This document shows, in pieces, positions 13,306 to 26,249 of a stretch of DNA of 64,000 bases. A program made the translations under genes and the position numbers. The stretch's first letter is position 1; each line of letters starts with the position of its first letter. The notes beneath the pieces were generated by a model. The model did not search any database. It saw only the letters and a program-made list of their open reading frames with translations, and had not been told where the DNA came from. The stretch is from Lama guanicoe (lineage: Eukaryota), in assembly GCA_013239625.1 (NCBI GenBank), contig MU053304.1, positions 1,054,001-1,118,000 on the forward strand. The letters are read 5' to 3'.

Positions 13306-14265
13306 ATGAGCCAGCTAAACAAGAACCAGAACTGCTCCTTTAGTGATGTGGATGAGCTGATGAAAACTGTGCAGCTGGCAATCCACATCCCAACCTTCCT
13401 CCTGGGTCTGCTCCTCAATCTGCTCGCCATCCGAGGCTTCAGCTTCTTCCTCAAGAAGAGGTGGCCGCACCGTGCTGCCACCTCCATCTACATGATCAAC
13501 CTGGCAGTCTTCGACCTGCTGCTGGTGCTCTCTCTTCCGTTCAAGATGGCCCTGTCCCATGTGAAGGCTCCCTCCCCCGCCTTCTGTACCTTGGTGGAGT
13601 GCCTCTACTTCATCAGCATGTACGGGAGCATCTTCACTATCTGCTTTATCAGCCTGGACAGATTCTTGGCCATCCAGTACCCGATCCTGGTCAACCACTG
13701 CCGGTCCCCCAGGAAGATCTTTGGGATCTGCTGCGCCATCTGGGTCCTGGTGTGGGTTGGGAGTACCCCTATCTATAGCTTCCATGGGAAAGTGGAAGAT
13801 TACATGTGCTTCCACAACATGTCAGACAACACCTGGAGTGCCAAGGTGTTCTTCCCCCTTGAGGTGTTCGGGTTCCTTCTCCCCATGAGCATCATGGGTT
13901 TCTGCTCCTCCAGGAGCATCCACATTCTGGTCAGCCGTCGCAACCACACCCAGGACTGGGTCAAGCAGAAGGCCTGCATCTGGACTATCGCGGCCAGTCT
14001 GGCTGTCTTTGTGGTCTCCTTTTTCCCCGTCCACCTGAGTTTCTTCTTGCAGTTCCTGGTGAGGAATGACTTTATTGTGGAGTGCAGAGCTAAGCGGAAC
14101 ATCAGCTTGTTCCTGCAATTATCCATGTGTTTCTCCAACATCAACTGCTGCCTGGATGTTTTCTGCTATTACTTTGTCATGAAAGAATTCCGCACGGAAA
14201 TCACGGCCCACCGGCCTTCCAGGGTCCAGCTGGTCCTCCAGGATACTGTGACCACCAGGGGCTAA
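13306..14265 (+). CDS. GPR55: G protein-coupled receptor 55 (class A lysophosphatidylinositol-responsive GPCR), intronless CDS, 319 aa
   Basis: ORF 13192..14265 read from ATG 13306 (aacATGa) gives MSQLNKNQNC...LQDTVTTRG, 319 aa, with seven hydrophobic segments. Segments TSIYMINLAVFDLLLVLSLPFK, DRFLAI, CFHNMSD.TWSAKVFFPLEVFGFLLP, CCLDVFCYYF and AHRPSRVQLVLQD are recognisable as GPR55. Its neighbour is ITM2C, as in human. Confidence 0.98.
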   Translation: MSQLNKNQNCSFSDVDELMKTVQLAIHIPTFLLGLLLNLLAIRGFSFFLKKRWPHRAATSIYMINLAVFDLLLVLSLPFKMALSHVKAPSPAFCTLVECLYFISMYGSIFTICFISLDRFLAIQYPILVNHCRSPRKIFGICCAIWVLVWVGSTPIYSFHGKVEDYMCFHNMSDNTWSAKVFFPLEVFGFLLPMSIMGFCSSRSIHILVSRRNHTQDWVKQKACIWTIAASLAVFVVSFFPVHLSFFLQFLVRNDFIVECRAKRNISLFLQLSMCFSNINCCLDVFCYYFVMKEFRTEITAHRPSRVQLVLQDTVTTRG

Positions 14266-15613
14266 GGGAAGAAATCTGTGCTCGGAGGAAGGAAAGCCCA
14301 GCCAAAATTCCCAAATTCTAGTAGCAGATACCCTTTTCCCAGGGCTGTGATGTGATGGATGATATGCAGGGCATTTACTGGTGTGCCCGCCCTTCGATGC
14401 TCACCTGAATGCCGTCTTTGCTTCTTGTGCCCCAAAGACCTTTCCCCAGCATCCAAACAACTTGACATAAATCACTCAGTGTTTGGGGGGAGGTATTTCT
14501 GAAGAACCTCAGAACCAGGTGCATTCTTGATTTCTAAGTTTAAAGCCCATGAGGTGAAAGAATTGAGAAAGAAAGTAAGGCTGTTTCCCAACTCTCTGCT
14601 GTCCTTCTGTTAGACTAGAATATTCTGGAAAGGAAGAGAGAGAAGAGTGAAGAGAGAGAATCAAGCCAGTTGGTCGTGGTGGAGAAATGGAGTGGTAGGG
14701 ATGGCCAAACTTCTTTTTATCTGGGGGATCCCGGGGTGGAGCAGACTTGCACTTTCTGGTCTCTTTTGGAGCTCTGTTGGCCAACAACCTCACAGGGATG
14801 ACAGCAGTGGGGGTGACTGGGGAGGGCAAGTATGCATAAAGCCCCAAGTTTTCTGTGGGCCTTAGGAAGGCCTAGCTAAGAGAGAGAATCTCCTGTGCCC
14901 AGGAGAAGGCTGCAGAAGGGCGGAGCGGGATGGTGTGGACCAGGCTGTGTGAGGCCGTGGACACTTTGTGGAGTAGTCGGGGCAGGGTGGAAAGGCATCG
15001 GTGACTCCGGGGATCCATGAGGCTGTACCTGGGAAAGGTAGGAGGCAGGCCAAGGGCTGGAAGTGGACAACCCCTCCCCCATTGCCATTGCAGAGTTCAT
15101 CGCTTGGAGTTTGAGCCCTGGCCCTGGGAAGGAGAGGCAGCAGTGCCAAGCCTGAGAGAGGGGAAACTCTTGAGCGTGACCAGCGTGCCATCTTAAACAG
15201 ACTGGGATGCTGTTAATTAGTTTCCTTGAAATGAAGAGAAAGAATCAGGCTTGATTTGGTCCAGCCGAAGGAGAACAAGGAAGATGTATTTGTCCTGCCC
15301 GCCTGTGTCCTGCTGGGCGGCTGGCCACGGTGACACTGTCCATGGAGCTGTCCCTGTCCAGCGGCTGAAAGGGCGAAGATGAGCCAGTCAGGAATGGAGG
15401 GACCGTCTCGACGGCACAGGGCTCTTGGCGGTTCCTGGTTGGAAACTGTAAACGACTGAACTGCGGCTTGGACTGGGCTTCTCTGATGATTTAGAGAAGG
15501 AGCGGCAGTGACAGCTAAAAGCCTTCCGATGACTCAGCTGCTCCGGAGAATGAAACGTTTGTAAGGACACGTCGTGGGGTGGTTTGTGAGTCGGAGGGAG
15601 TGGGATGAGAAGT

Positions 15614-15619
15614 AATAAA
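15614..15619 (+). terminator. Candidate GPR55 polyadenylation signal
   Basis: First AATAAA I find downstream of the GPR55 stop (about 1.35 kb). Use is unverified. Confidence 0.35.
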
Positions 15620-17853
15620 TGAGCCTCGATGTGAACAAGGGCGAGGTCTTTAGGAAGAAAAGCAACCACTTTTTACTTGCAGGGGAAGAGGTGTCCACTG
15701 CTAAGTGGCGGACAGAAAGGAGGGGTGGCCATGTTGCGGGGTGGTGATTTAGATAAAACCCTGAGAGGGGAAGAGGCCAGGTTGGGTGATTACCCAAGGC
15801 TTGAAGCAATGGGGCTCTGAGAGGGGGTGGGAGATGGGATGTGGGATGGGCAGGAAGGAGGGAGGGCAGAGCCGCTTCCTGCCTGAGAATCCCCAATTTG
15901 ACTGAGAGCCATTGAAGGGCAGGACCCCTGCCTTTACCTGTATCCTCTGTGGTCAGTGGTCACCTGACACTCTGCAGGGCTGGAGAGAGGTGAGGAAGAA
16001 ATGGGAGAAATGGGTGTGGAGGAGTGATCAGGACCAGGATCAGAGTCTCCTGCCTCTCAGAATGGGCCTCCATGAAACTGCAGCCAGAGACAGGTACTCT
16101 GCAGAATCCTGCCCAGCTGACCCAAGCCCTGGACACTCCTTCCCCTGCCTGCGGGCTGCTCAGTCCCATGGCCATCCAGACAGAGGCACACCCGTGCTAC
16201 TCTCAGAAACCAGACGGCCACATCCAGCAGGACCCCTGGGCTGGACTGGGGCCAGAGTCTGTGGGGGTGAAGTTAGTGCACTGCCACCTGCTCCCCGTCT
16301 CCAATATGTCTCTCTGCAGTGGGCGCTGGGGGCCTGCCTGGCAGAGCTGAGTGGTGCCCTTCAGGCTGCAACTGTATCTACCAGTGTGCTTAAGGCCAGA
16401 CGGGCTTCCAAAGAGGAGCGGGATGGCAGGGTCCTGACACCCCATCATCCCTAGTGATGCTGATAAACTCAAATCTTGCCTTGTGGGCAGCGTAACTCTG
16501 CCTCAGCCGGGAGACAGAGGGTGGGAGGGGAGTCTGGACACACGAGCTGTATCACTGTTGGGTGTAGGTCCTTGGAGGGATAGGGCAGTATGAGTTGATG
16601 TGACCACTGTGGACCTGGGGGTGAGCCTAGGGGAACCCCTGACTGATCCTAACACCCAGGGGAGGAGATGGGCCTCTTCTCTCTCCCTGGGGGACCCATC
16701 CCGGCCTGTGAGTCACAGAGGACCCATGAGGGTTGGTGGGAAGTGAGCACAGGGCTACGGCTGCAAGCCAGGATGCGCTGTCAGAGTGTCCATGCTCTGG
16801 GATAAGTCTGGTCCACGATCAGCAGTCAGGCCCAGCAGGCACAGAAGGGGCAGAGGGGCAGAGTTAGAGTCAGGATGCTGATGCATCCAAGGGCCCACCC
16901 TGCAGCAAGTGGCAGCCAGTGAGTTGGGGACCGCAGCTGAATTTAGTTGTGGAAAAGGCCAACATTCTTGCTACTAAAACCAATGGAGGCTTACGGACAC
17001 TGCCTGGTCATAAATGTGACCTTAACTGTACTCCTAGGCTGGAAAGATCTGAGACACACTTGGCACATGCACATGTGTGAAACTAGCACGACTGATTGGA
17101 GAACGCAGTTTGATTAATCCAATCTGCCATATAGACAGATGCCTGTGATGCTGAGTGACCTTGTCTTGGGCTACACTTTATTGACTCCAGAGACAGAGCT
17201 GGCTGCTGATGGCCTTTGCCCAGCGACCCAACAATCTTGGTCAAAAGGACCACAAAGGCGCCAGATCGAAGAAGCCACCGGGACACCGGGTGTGGGAGCA
17301 CAGGGAGCCCCCCTCAGGCCTGCCCCAAGTGGCTGAGCCAGGCCCTGCGGCATCTGGACGCAGGTCCCCAAGTCCGCTTGGGTGCTTGGTTCTCCGTGGT
17401 GCAACTGGACCACACAGACCCCCAGGCTGCTGTCCTTCCAGCTCTGAGTCCACCTCACCCAGCTCCGGTCATCTTGTTGCACCACCGCTGTGACACTGGT
17501 CCACTTCCCAAGGCCATGGCTCCTCTGCACACACTGGGTGGCCCGGCACAGTAGACCTGCTGAGCACTGATGGTGAAGACATGGGGCTGGTTCTCCAGAC
17601 ATCCTCCACGGATGACCCCTCCCTTCTCTAACCACCCAGAGTCAGTCCGTCTCTCCCAGATTAGATTTGAGTTTCCTTTCTTGGCTCCTCACATATGAAT
17701 CCTGCTAACCAATCCAGAGCTCCTGGAGAATCCAAACAGTCAAGCCCTGGCCTGGGCCACCCCATTCTCTTGAGCGCCTCACAATCCTGAGCACAGGCCA
17801 GCCATGGCCTGGGCGCCAAGGGATGACTGAGAGCATCCTTCCTCCTTGACAGT

Positions 17854-18235
17854 TGCTATGGACTGAATTGTGCCCCCTCCATCTATATATTGAAACCCTA
17901 ACCCCCAGCATGGTGGTATGTGGTGATGGGGCCTTTGGGAGATACTCAGGCTTAGATGAGGTCCTGAGGGTGGAGCCCTTATGATGGAATTAGCATCTTT
18001 GCAGAAAGAGACACCGGAGCTCTTGCTTCCTCTTACTCCACACACTGAGGAAAGGCCTCACACACAGTGAAAGGCAGTCGTCTGCAACACACAGAGAGAG
18101 CCCTCTGCAGACATCAACCCTGCTGGCACCTTGACCTTGAACTTCCAGCCACCAGAACTGGGAGAAATAAACTCCTGTTGCTAAAGTCCCCGGCTCTGTG
18201 GTGTTTTGTTATTGCAGCCTGAGAAGGCTCATACA
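17854..18235 (+). mobile_element. MaLR solo LTR (MLT1A-like)
   Basis: TG...CA ends, tgctatggactgaattgtgcccc start, cttccagccaccagaactgggagaaataaa; near-TSD acagt/acagc. Confidence 0.85.
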
Positions 18236-20239
18236 ACAGCCGTCTGTTCTCCATTTGACATGGAGAACACTAGTCCACAAACTGCATTTGTCCACTCTAT
18301 TCCTATCCAGTCCCTCTCTAGGGAACCTATGAAGGTGAAAGTCATTCTATGAACACACTATAGCAGCTCCAGGATACTGATGACATTTGGACTAGTAAGA
18401 TAACAGCCTTGTGGCAAGTTATCACAAATAAACAGAAATTGCAAAGATGTTTGAAATGACTGAGCCCTGGTGGGCGACTCTGGAGACTAATAGAGGGTGA
18501 AACGGATTTTGTTAACAGATCAATGAGGAGAGAAATTGAGAAGAGCGGCCCGGGTGGGCATAAGGAGAGTCTGGTGTGCAGAACAGCCACAAGGTAGAGA
18601 CAGAGGCGTCTCCATGGAGGAACCCTGTGGGGATGGCACTGATACCCACCAGACCACCCTCCGTTGACCCTAGAGGGTAGGCGGTGTGTGAACAGTGAAC
18701 TTCCAGGGTCCCCGTGAGACCCTGCTGCTGAAGGGAGCAGAGAACTCAAAAGACCCGCAGAGAAGGTGCCGCAGAGATGGTGCTTTTAGCGGGGCACCCC
18801 TTGAAACTACCACTGCAGCCGCCTCTCGCTTTTTTTCCATAGAGTCAGCTTCCCCAGGGAGCCCAGGCCCCAGAGCCATGAACGGACATTGGATGGAGAG
18901 CTTACAGCAGGTCAAGGTGAACTCAGGAGCTTGGGGTGGAAGGAGAAAGAGATGCCCCTCTGCCCCAGTTCAGGCCTGAGCATCCCAGCCCCAGCCGCGA
19001 GCCTGCCAGATGTGTCCTCCTCACAGAGTTGTTGCAGGAGGGCCCAGGGCGCTTGATCGCAAGCTGAGACCTAAACGTGGCCCTCGGCCCTTTGAAGTCT
19101 CCGAGCACTGTCACTTCAAAGCCTGACGTCACTCCTGCTGGGTGCGGGGCCCTGAGTTCACCTTGAAGCCTCAGACAGCCTTTGTTCTGGGGGCCTCGCT
19201 TGAGCAAGTGTAACCAGGATGCTCCCTGCAAGAGAGGCTGTTGAGACCTGGGGTTCCGAGAGGCACCGACAGTCACGCAAAAGGCACCGCGGGGTGCAGC
19301 TGCGTAACGTCTCTGAGAAGCGTGCTCTGCTGAGAGAGACCGCTCTCTGAGGACGGCTGGGGCTGTACCTCCAGGGGCGAAGGTGCACAGACCCACGTGT
19401 GTGTGCTTCTTGTTTAAGCTCTGTCTTGTGGTGGAGCACCAGTGGAGGCCTTATAGAATTTAGGAAAGAAGTGCAGTTATCAGACTTGACCTGGCTGCAG
19501 GCAGGTGATCCAAGTAACTGATTCTCAAGGATGGTGCATTTGAGCCTGAATGATCCTGACTTGGGGAACATATTGGCGTCCAGTGTTCCAGTGACCGTCG
19601 TGTGAAGTGCAGGGCCAAGTCACAGCTTTGGGAGCAGATGGTGGGGTTTCCCTGAAGGGCGGAGAGGCTTCCTCGCCAAGGGCCTGGGATGATTAAGGAA
19701 GGTCTCACAGGAACTGGCACAAGAGGAGTGGGCAGACCTTCCCCTCCCCAGGATGTGCTGGCCGCTGCTGGGCTCTGGGCTCTGGGCTCTGGACTTTGGG
19801 CGGGGCCACCTCCAGCGGCAGATACGAGCCTCTTGGCTCTGCTTTTCTTCCAGTTTTCCTGTGTTTTCAACACAGACTTAAAGTGGCAGCTGGGGTTCAG
19901 CTCTCACTGATAGGAGTCAAGTGTGTGCGGCGGAGTGGAGCAGAGCAAAGGCAAACCCAGGAGGCGTTTGTGGGACTTGTCAGCATGTCCTGGGGCAGGA
20001 GACCCAGAAATACTTGGGGAGGGGAAGCTGGCAGAAAACTGGACTTCTGCACTGTTGGAGGATGGGAGCAAACTGACCATCCTTGGAGTATTAGGAAAAT
20101 TTGACCCCGGAGGCTAGGACATTAAGTCACATGGGTAAATAGGGGTGAAAGTTGATGTAGTAGAGCTGTAAACTGTTGACGTTTCGTCCCTGGGTTCTCA
20201 CACTGCAAAACCCATCCATAGGGAGGGAACGGCATCTGA

Positions 20240-20545
20240 CCTGCAGGGCTGCTGCAACGGAACTCCACAGACCAGGGGGCTTAAACAACAGAAGTTTATT
20301 TCTCACAGTTCTTGAAGTCTAAGTTCAAGGTCCAGCAGAGTGTGGTTTCTGGTGAGGGCTCTCTTCCTGTCTTGCGGACAGCCACCTTCTCACTGCGTCC
20401 TCACGTGGTGGAGAGAGAACAAACTCTCTAGTGTCTCCTCTTGTAAGGAAGCTAATCCTGTTGGATCTAGGTCTCACTCTTATGACCTCATTTTACCTTA
20501 AATACCTCTTAAGAGCCCTATTTCTGAATACAGTCCAATTGGGGG
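20240..20545 (-). mobile_element. MaLR LTR (MLT1-type), antisense
   Basis: ggcttaaacaacagaagtttatttctcacagttct...tggtgagggctctcttcct...cctcacgtggtggagagag. Confidence 0.8.
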
Positions 20546-20840
20546 TGCCCTCGGCACCGACATCTGTGAAAAGAGAAGGTGGAAGCAGTGGGGCAGGCGG
20601 AGAAGTTGAGCTGGGATGTAGGCCCAGCGGCCACCTCAGTCAACCCTTGAGAGCCCTCTGCAGCCATGAGGTCCCTACGGAGTCGTTCCAGGTTGGAATG
20701 AGACCCCAGGCAAGCAGACCCTGCGTGGCCCAGTCTCAGATGTGGGCCTAGGAGGGCGTGACCTTCGATAGGAGGCTCCCTGAGCTGAGGGCCTCAGAGT
20801 AGCCAGGCAGTAGCTCCTCCCTGGACAGGGGGCCTGGGGT
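20546..20840 (-). mobile_element. ERVL LTR fragment (LTR33-like)
   Basis: ggaagcagtggggcaggcggagaagttgagctg...cctcagtcaaccc...gagccctctg resembles antisense LTR33. Confidence 0.45.
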
Positions 20841-21421
20841 GCTCACCTCCACCCAGTGGTGAGCAGGCACAGCACTTGGTGGGCAGCTCAAGTCACTCAA
20901 CTGGATCTGCTCTGGGGCCAGCTGGGCCCTGGGAGGCGTGGTTGGGGTTGCAGGGTTGGCTGGCTGCGGCAAACAGGTGGAAGAGTCTGAGACAGGATGG
21001 GAAACCACAGAGGTCAGAACGGATCGCCTTGTTTCAGGAAGGGATGCAAAATAGGCAGCTGGACAGAGAAAGTCCCCAAGAGCAGAGGCAGCTGGAGGCC
21101 TTGGTGCCGAGGTGTGGGGTCTTTGGAGAAGCCAGGCCCAGTGTCCTGCCTTGCAGTGCCTTTGGGACTCTGTGAGGGCACAGAGTGTGTTCAGGGCAGA
21201 GCCCTACCTTGAGTGGGCAGGTTGTTGGGGTGGGGCTGGGAGGTGGGCTTTCTCAGTGCCCAACCAATGCCCGTGTCTCTTGGTGGCTGGATGAGGCAGA
21301 GGACCAGCTGGAAAAGCCGGGGTATCAATGATGTGAATGAGTGACGTCCAATTCCAGGGACCAAGCACAAGCATACCACAGGCCCAGGGCTCCCTCCCCT
21401 CTCAGCTGGGTCACATGGGGC

Positions 21422-21781
21422 TGGTTATGAACTGAAGGCTTGTGTCTCCCAAAATTCATATGCAGAAATCACACCTAGTAATGGGATGGCATTAGGAAGT
21501 GGGGCTTTGTGGAGATAATTAGGTCGTGAGGGTGGAGCACTCATGAGTAGGATTAGTGCCCTTATGAAGGAGACCCCAGAGAGCGCCCTTGCTCCTTCCA
21601 TCATGTGAGGACACAGAGCGGGGTTAGTGGTCCAGGAGGAGGAAGAGGGCTTCCACCGGAGCCTAACCATGCTGGGGCCCGGAGCTCAGACTTCCAGCCT
21701 CCAGAACTGTGAGACATAAACGTTAAGTTGTTTAAGCTGTCCAGTCTGTGGTACTGTGTTACAGCAGCCTGGACCAAGACA
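21422..21781 (+). mobile_element. MaLR solo LTR (MLT1A-like)
   Basis: ttatgaactgaa...cccaaaattcatatg...gacttccagcctccagaactgtgaga...gttacagcagcc...aagaca. Confidence 0.85.
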
Positions 21782-22694
21782 GGACCCAGCTTAGTAATTA
21801 GTTGTTAGTGAGATGGAGAAAACGTTACTTACCAAAATTCTCCTTCAGAAAAGAAAAGTATTTGGGAAAGTCCTTGGAGGTGAAAGTGAGAGAAACTTCC
21901 AAGATAGCAAAGGGCCAGGATCCATTGCCTCAGAAAGAGAGGGAGGAGGAAGGGAGATCAGGGAGGGTCAGTGAGCAGGAAAAACTGGAAGGATGGCGCA
22001 GAGCTTTTGTGCCTGGACGACCTCTAGGAAACGATGGGAATCTTGCAGTGCCTGATGTGGTCAAATGCCATTGAACTAGGGGAGGAAGTCTTCGTGGCTG
22101 ACATCTTGGAGCAGCACTGGGAAGAGAGATGCAGCAAGGTGTGAGCCCTGGAATATGTGGCTGTCCTGGGAGGGCCCTGCCCCTCTTAAGCCTGTGACAC
22201 TAGGGTCAGGCTTATCCAGGCCTGCAAGGGGTAGGGAGCCGAGGTGACCCTGGGGCTCTACAGGTTGCTTGGTGCCTGTGGGATCTGAGCCGACCACTGA
22301 CTGAATACTAAGCCCCTGAGACCACCTCCCTCCCCTGGCCTCCCTCCCTGGCCCTCAGCCCTCAAGTGGAAGCTGCACTGAACCTCGGAGGCAGCCTGCC
22401 TGAGAACGGTGAAAGTTCAGGTCCTGGGTCAAAAGATCAAGGCTGACTTCTGGCTCTTACCCTGGCCCTGACCACTGTGTGTTCATCGCCAAGTTATTGC
22501 AGGCAGTGCACAGCACCTCAGCTTTAAATGGAAATGACGGCTCTACCTACGATGAAACAACACATGGAAAATAACTGGCACGTGGTGAGGGCTCAACAAA
22601 TATTAGCTCTTAGAGTTGTGGTTAGTTTTCTCTTTTTCTTTTTCCTTTTTTTTTTTTATTAATAAAACAAGTGGTCAGTTGCTCTCTGTTTGGC

Positions 22695-23190
22695 CATGGA
22701 TCTTAATCAATTTTGCATCGTGGATTCCTCTTGTAGTCTGGGGAAGCCCGTGGACTTTCTCCAGGATCACAGTTTTAAATGCATAAAGCAAAATGCAGAG
22801 GAAACCAAATATACTGAAATACAGTTATCAGAATTTAAAAATTGTGATGTAGCAATATATGTGCTTTTTAAATTTAGGCCTTGGATAGGGAGGTCTAGTG
22901 ACAGGTTCAGTAACTTATTATCATGATCTTGAATGAGTGATGAGCTGAGCTGAAATGATATTTTCAAATACCTGCAGCAACTATGGTGTGATACGAAAAT
23001 AGTTGTGATTTCTATTGGAGACAAAATTCCAGGCACCTTTTATATGACTGCGGTATAATGGCTACATGCACAAAGGAAGGAAATGCTAGTTTCAACTGGT
23101 GATGAGTTAAAGAAAAAGGTGTAATGCTTTCCCAAAGCTACTTCGTGACCCTCCTGGATTCCACTCCTGATCCCCAGGGTAAGAATTCCT
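22695..23190 (+). mobile_element. hAT-Charlie DNA transposon (MER119-like)
   Basis: Left end catggatcttaatc...gtagtctggggaagcccgtggac...ttttaaatgcataa...gaaatacagttatc; right end ccagggtaagaattcctg. Confidence 0.65.
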
Positions 23191-23279
23191 GGTTTAGGCA
23201 GAGACATAAGGACACCTGGAACACATGTTCTTCCTCTGAAGAAGGATCACTTGTGTGCCCTCTTTATTTTAATTTTAGA

Positions 23280-23460
23280 TTTTTTTTTATTGAAGTAACA
23301 TTGGTTTGTAACATTATATAAGTTTCATGTGTACATTACATTTCTACTTTTATGTACCTTGCAGCATGCTCACCCCCTAGAATACAGTTTCTGTCCATCA
23401 CCATACAGCTCATCCCCTTTACACAATTCGAACCCCCCTCTTCCCCTCTGGTCACTGCCA
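23280..23460 (-). mobile_element. L1 3'-end fragment
   Basis: Poly(T) followed by tattgaagtaacattggtttgtaacattatataagtttcatgtgtaca. Confidence 0.7.
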
Positions 23461-23832
23461 CTTGGCTCTGTGTGCTCTCTTGGTTATGCAAATGTGGGCC
23501 AGGGTGCCAGCCTCTTCCTCTTGGGGTGTGGGCCGTTTAGCAGAAGCATACCGCCCCTGCTGGTATGCATGGGGCTCTCTGAAAACAAAGACATCCACAT
23601 CTCAACCCTGATCTCTGGGATGCAAAGTGAGTGAGGGTGATCCAAGGAGCTGTGGCAGGGAAGAGCAGAGAAGCCCTCAAAGTGAATCACCTCGAGTGAA
23701 GGGGACTTGGGCTGATGTGCTGTTCTCATCTCGAAGGAGGAGGGCTGAGGCTGGCGGTGATTGCCCTCCCCACCCCGCCACCCTGCCCCAGGGGCTGTGC
23801 CTTAGGAAAGTGGGCTAAGAAGAGCTGTAAAG

Positions 23833-23970
23833 AGGGGAGGGACATTATAGCTCAGTGGAAGGGCACATGCTTAGTATGCACGAGGTCCTGTGTTCAATCT
23901 AGTACCTCCATTAAACAAACACACAGACACACAAGACAAAACAAAACAAAACAAAACAAAACAAAACAAA
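23833..23970 (+). mobile_element. tRNA-Ala-derived SINE (camelid Vic-1-like) with (CAAAA)n tail
   Basis: TAGCTCAGTGG A box, degenerate B box (TGTTCAATC), A-rich tail; direct repeats aagaagagctgtaa (23817-23830) and aagaagacctgtaa (23971-23984). Confidence 0.85.
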
Positions 23971-26249
23971 AAGAAGACCTGTAAGCCTGCACCTCATCCG
24001 CCGGGGGCATCCCAGCCTCCGGGGCAGCAGCACCCTCTGTGAGAGCAAGCTTCAACAGCGACACCTTGTGACAGCGAGGAGCAATGATACGGTAGCTGTG
24101 GGCTGTTGGGACTCTGGCTCAATTCCTGGTGTGAGGAAGCAAAGCTGACCTCCCCTTGGGACTAGGAAGACACTGAGATTCTTGGATAATTTGGGGCAAT
24201 TCTTCTGCCCAAAAGATACACAGGAACTACAGCAAGGAATTGGGGCAATAAGAGAAATGTGGACGTATTTGTCAAATAGGCTGGAGAAGCGTGTCATACC
24301 AGTTACATTATCATCATCATATTATATACGGTATTTTATTGTTATGACTATTCCTTCCGTGTGCTGCTGTAGTAAGTTCCACTCTCAGAGGATGACCTTA
24401 CCTAACCTTATGTGAAAGTTCTCGGGGGCACCTTATTGTCACCCCATAAAGCACCTCCAAAGCCCAGTCACGCCAGCCGATCCAGCCTTTGGCACACTTG
24501 AGAATTCAGTTTTCCCAACTCCTCAGTGCCCCCTCCCCACTACTGCTCCCACCCCGCCAGGCCATCTGCTCTCTTCCTGCTCTTCATTATCTGCTCTTAG
24601 TGGTCATTTCTCCTGGTATAACTGCTTGGCCGTGTGGTTCTTCTTTGTTGGGATATTTACAATGAAGTGGGGACAAAGCTATAACTCAAAGAAGGAATCA
24701 AGAGAGCAAAGCAGAGACACTTTTAGAAATTCCTGCCATGCATCTGCAATTACAAGCAGCCTGCACAGGTGAGGTGCTGCAAAGACTTCCCAGGGCTGCA
24801 GAGCACCTGGAATCAGCAAACCTGGGGAGGGGGCAGCAGTCAAATGAGGAATCCCTTGGCAAGGAAAGGGGCTCAGGCTCATTATAATCCATCTCCCACC
24901 AAGTATCCCACACTCAGTAGCCTTGGAATCAGGGACGTGCTCCTGTGAGGCCCGACATACAGACTTGTAGGACCCAGGGCTAAGATGGAGAATTCAGCAG
25001 CTTCCCCGAGACTCCTAAGACTGTTCTGGGGCCACCAGAATTCCCACTGAATGTGGGATGAGTTCTCTTGTTTGGAGAATAAAAAAGGGTGACCCCATAA
25101 AACTGAAGACAGAGGCTAGGAATAGGTATGTGCAGGACCTCGCCTTGGAAGGGAACGGTTTTACAGATGTGGAGACAGATGTGATCGGAGGTACGCGTAG
25201 CAGCCGCCCTCTGATTTCCAGGTGAGTGCTCTTTCCACAGCATCACTCTGGGTCTCTGTGCTTGGCCCTCCCTCCCCGTTCCCAGATACCTTTGGGGCTC
25301 TTCAAAAACCCTGAGCCATCATGGGTGACCTGTCGGCTCCCAAAGTTGGCACAGCCTGCCCAGTAGCCTCCACCCAGTGTGATGGGTGATGCACCTGGTG
25401 GAGAGCAGGCTTATTCTCTCCTCGTCTGTTCCACCCCATTTGGCTCTCCATTATGCTGTGCACCAGGCATGGAGTTCTAAATAGAAACAGTCCTTCTTAA
25501 TTGTCTCTCCCAGCGAGGGCTCACATCCCCTCTCTGCCTTGCATGCCTGGCACAGGCTGGGCACGCAGCGGAGCCAATAAATACCTGCTGATTGACGACA
25601 GCTGCAGTCATCACCATCGTCCCAGCCCTCACTTCAAAGCAGGAGGCATTTGGAGTCTTGACTCCATCTGAATCCCGGGCCCCACAGCACCTGCTGGAGA
25701 TAGTAGAGAGCCAGGGTGCTGACTAAGCCCCTCATCCCCAGCCGGGCTCAGGGAGCCACGTCCACCCTGGTTGCAGTAATGACAACACTGGGTGACTGTT
25801 ACATCTCACATCACCAGCTGCCAATAAGGTCACATTTCTCTTAAGGTTCAAATTAAAACTCTAAGCCCCTAATGTTATGGGAAGGGACACTTCTGTCATT
25901 TCACAGTGGTGTGTCAAGCAGGGACTCAAAAAGGATTGAATCTGAGTAATTGAGCCTCGAGGGCAGGTCTTGTACTCTGGAAGCCTCTGGTGGCTCAACC
26001 TGGCCCATGGGATAGTGAAGACTCAGACACCAAAGATGCTAGTGAAAAGTTGAGGTCAAAATGCTCCATAAAATGTGAAAGTGGAAAAGAGCAACATTTT
26101 CAAATTAATGTATTAGTTACTTTTTGGGGGAATTGAACTACTTTAAAAACAAACACTCAAACTACTCCCTGAGACATTCACAGAATTGCCACGAACACCC
26201 CTAACAGTCTTTGTATTCAGGTTGAATCTTCTCATTTGGGAAAACTGTT

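Noticed and set aside
13315..14144. Antisense and alternate-frame ORFs over GPR55
   Set aside because: Shadow ORFs expected from GC-rich codon bias; no recognisable protein.
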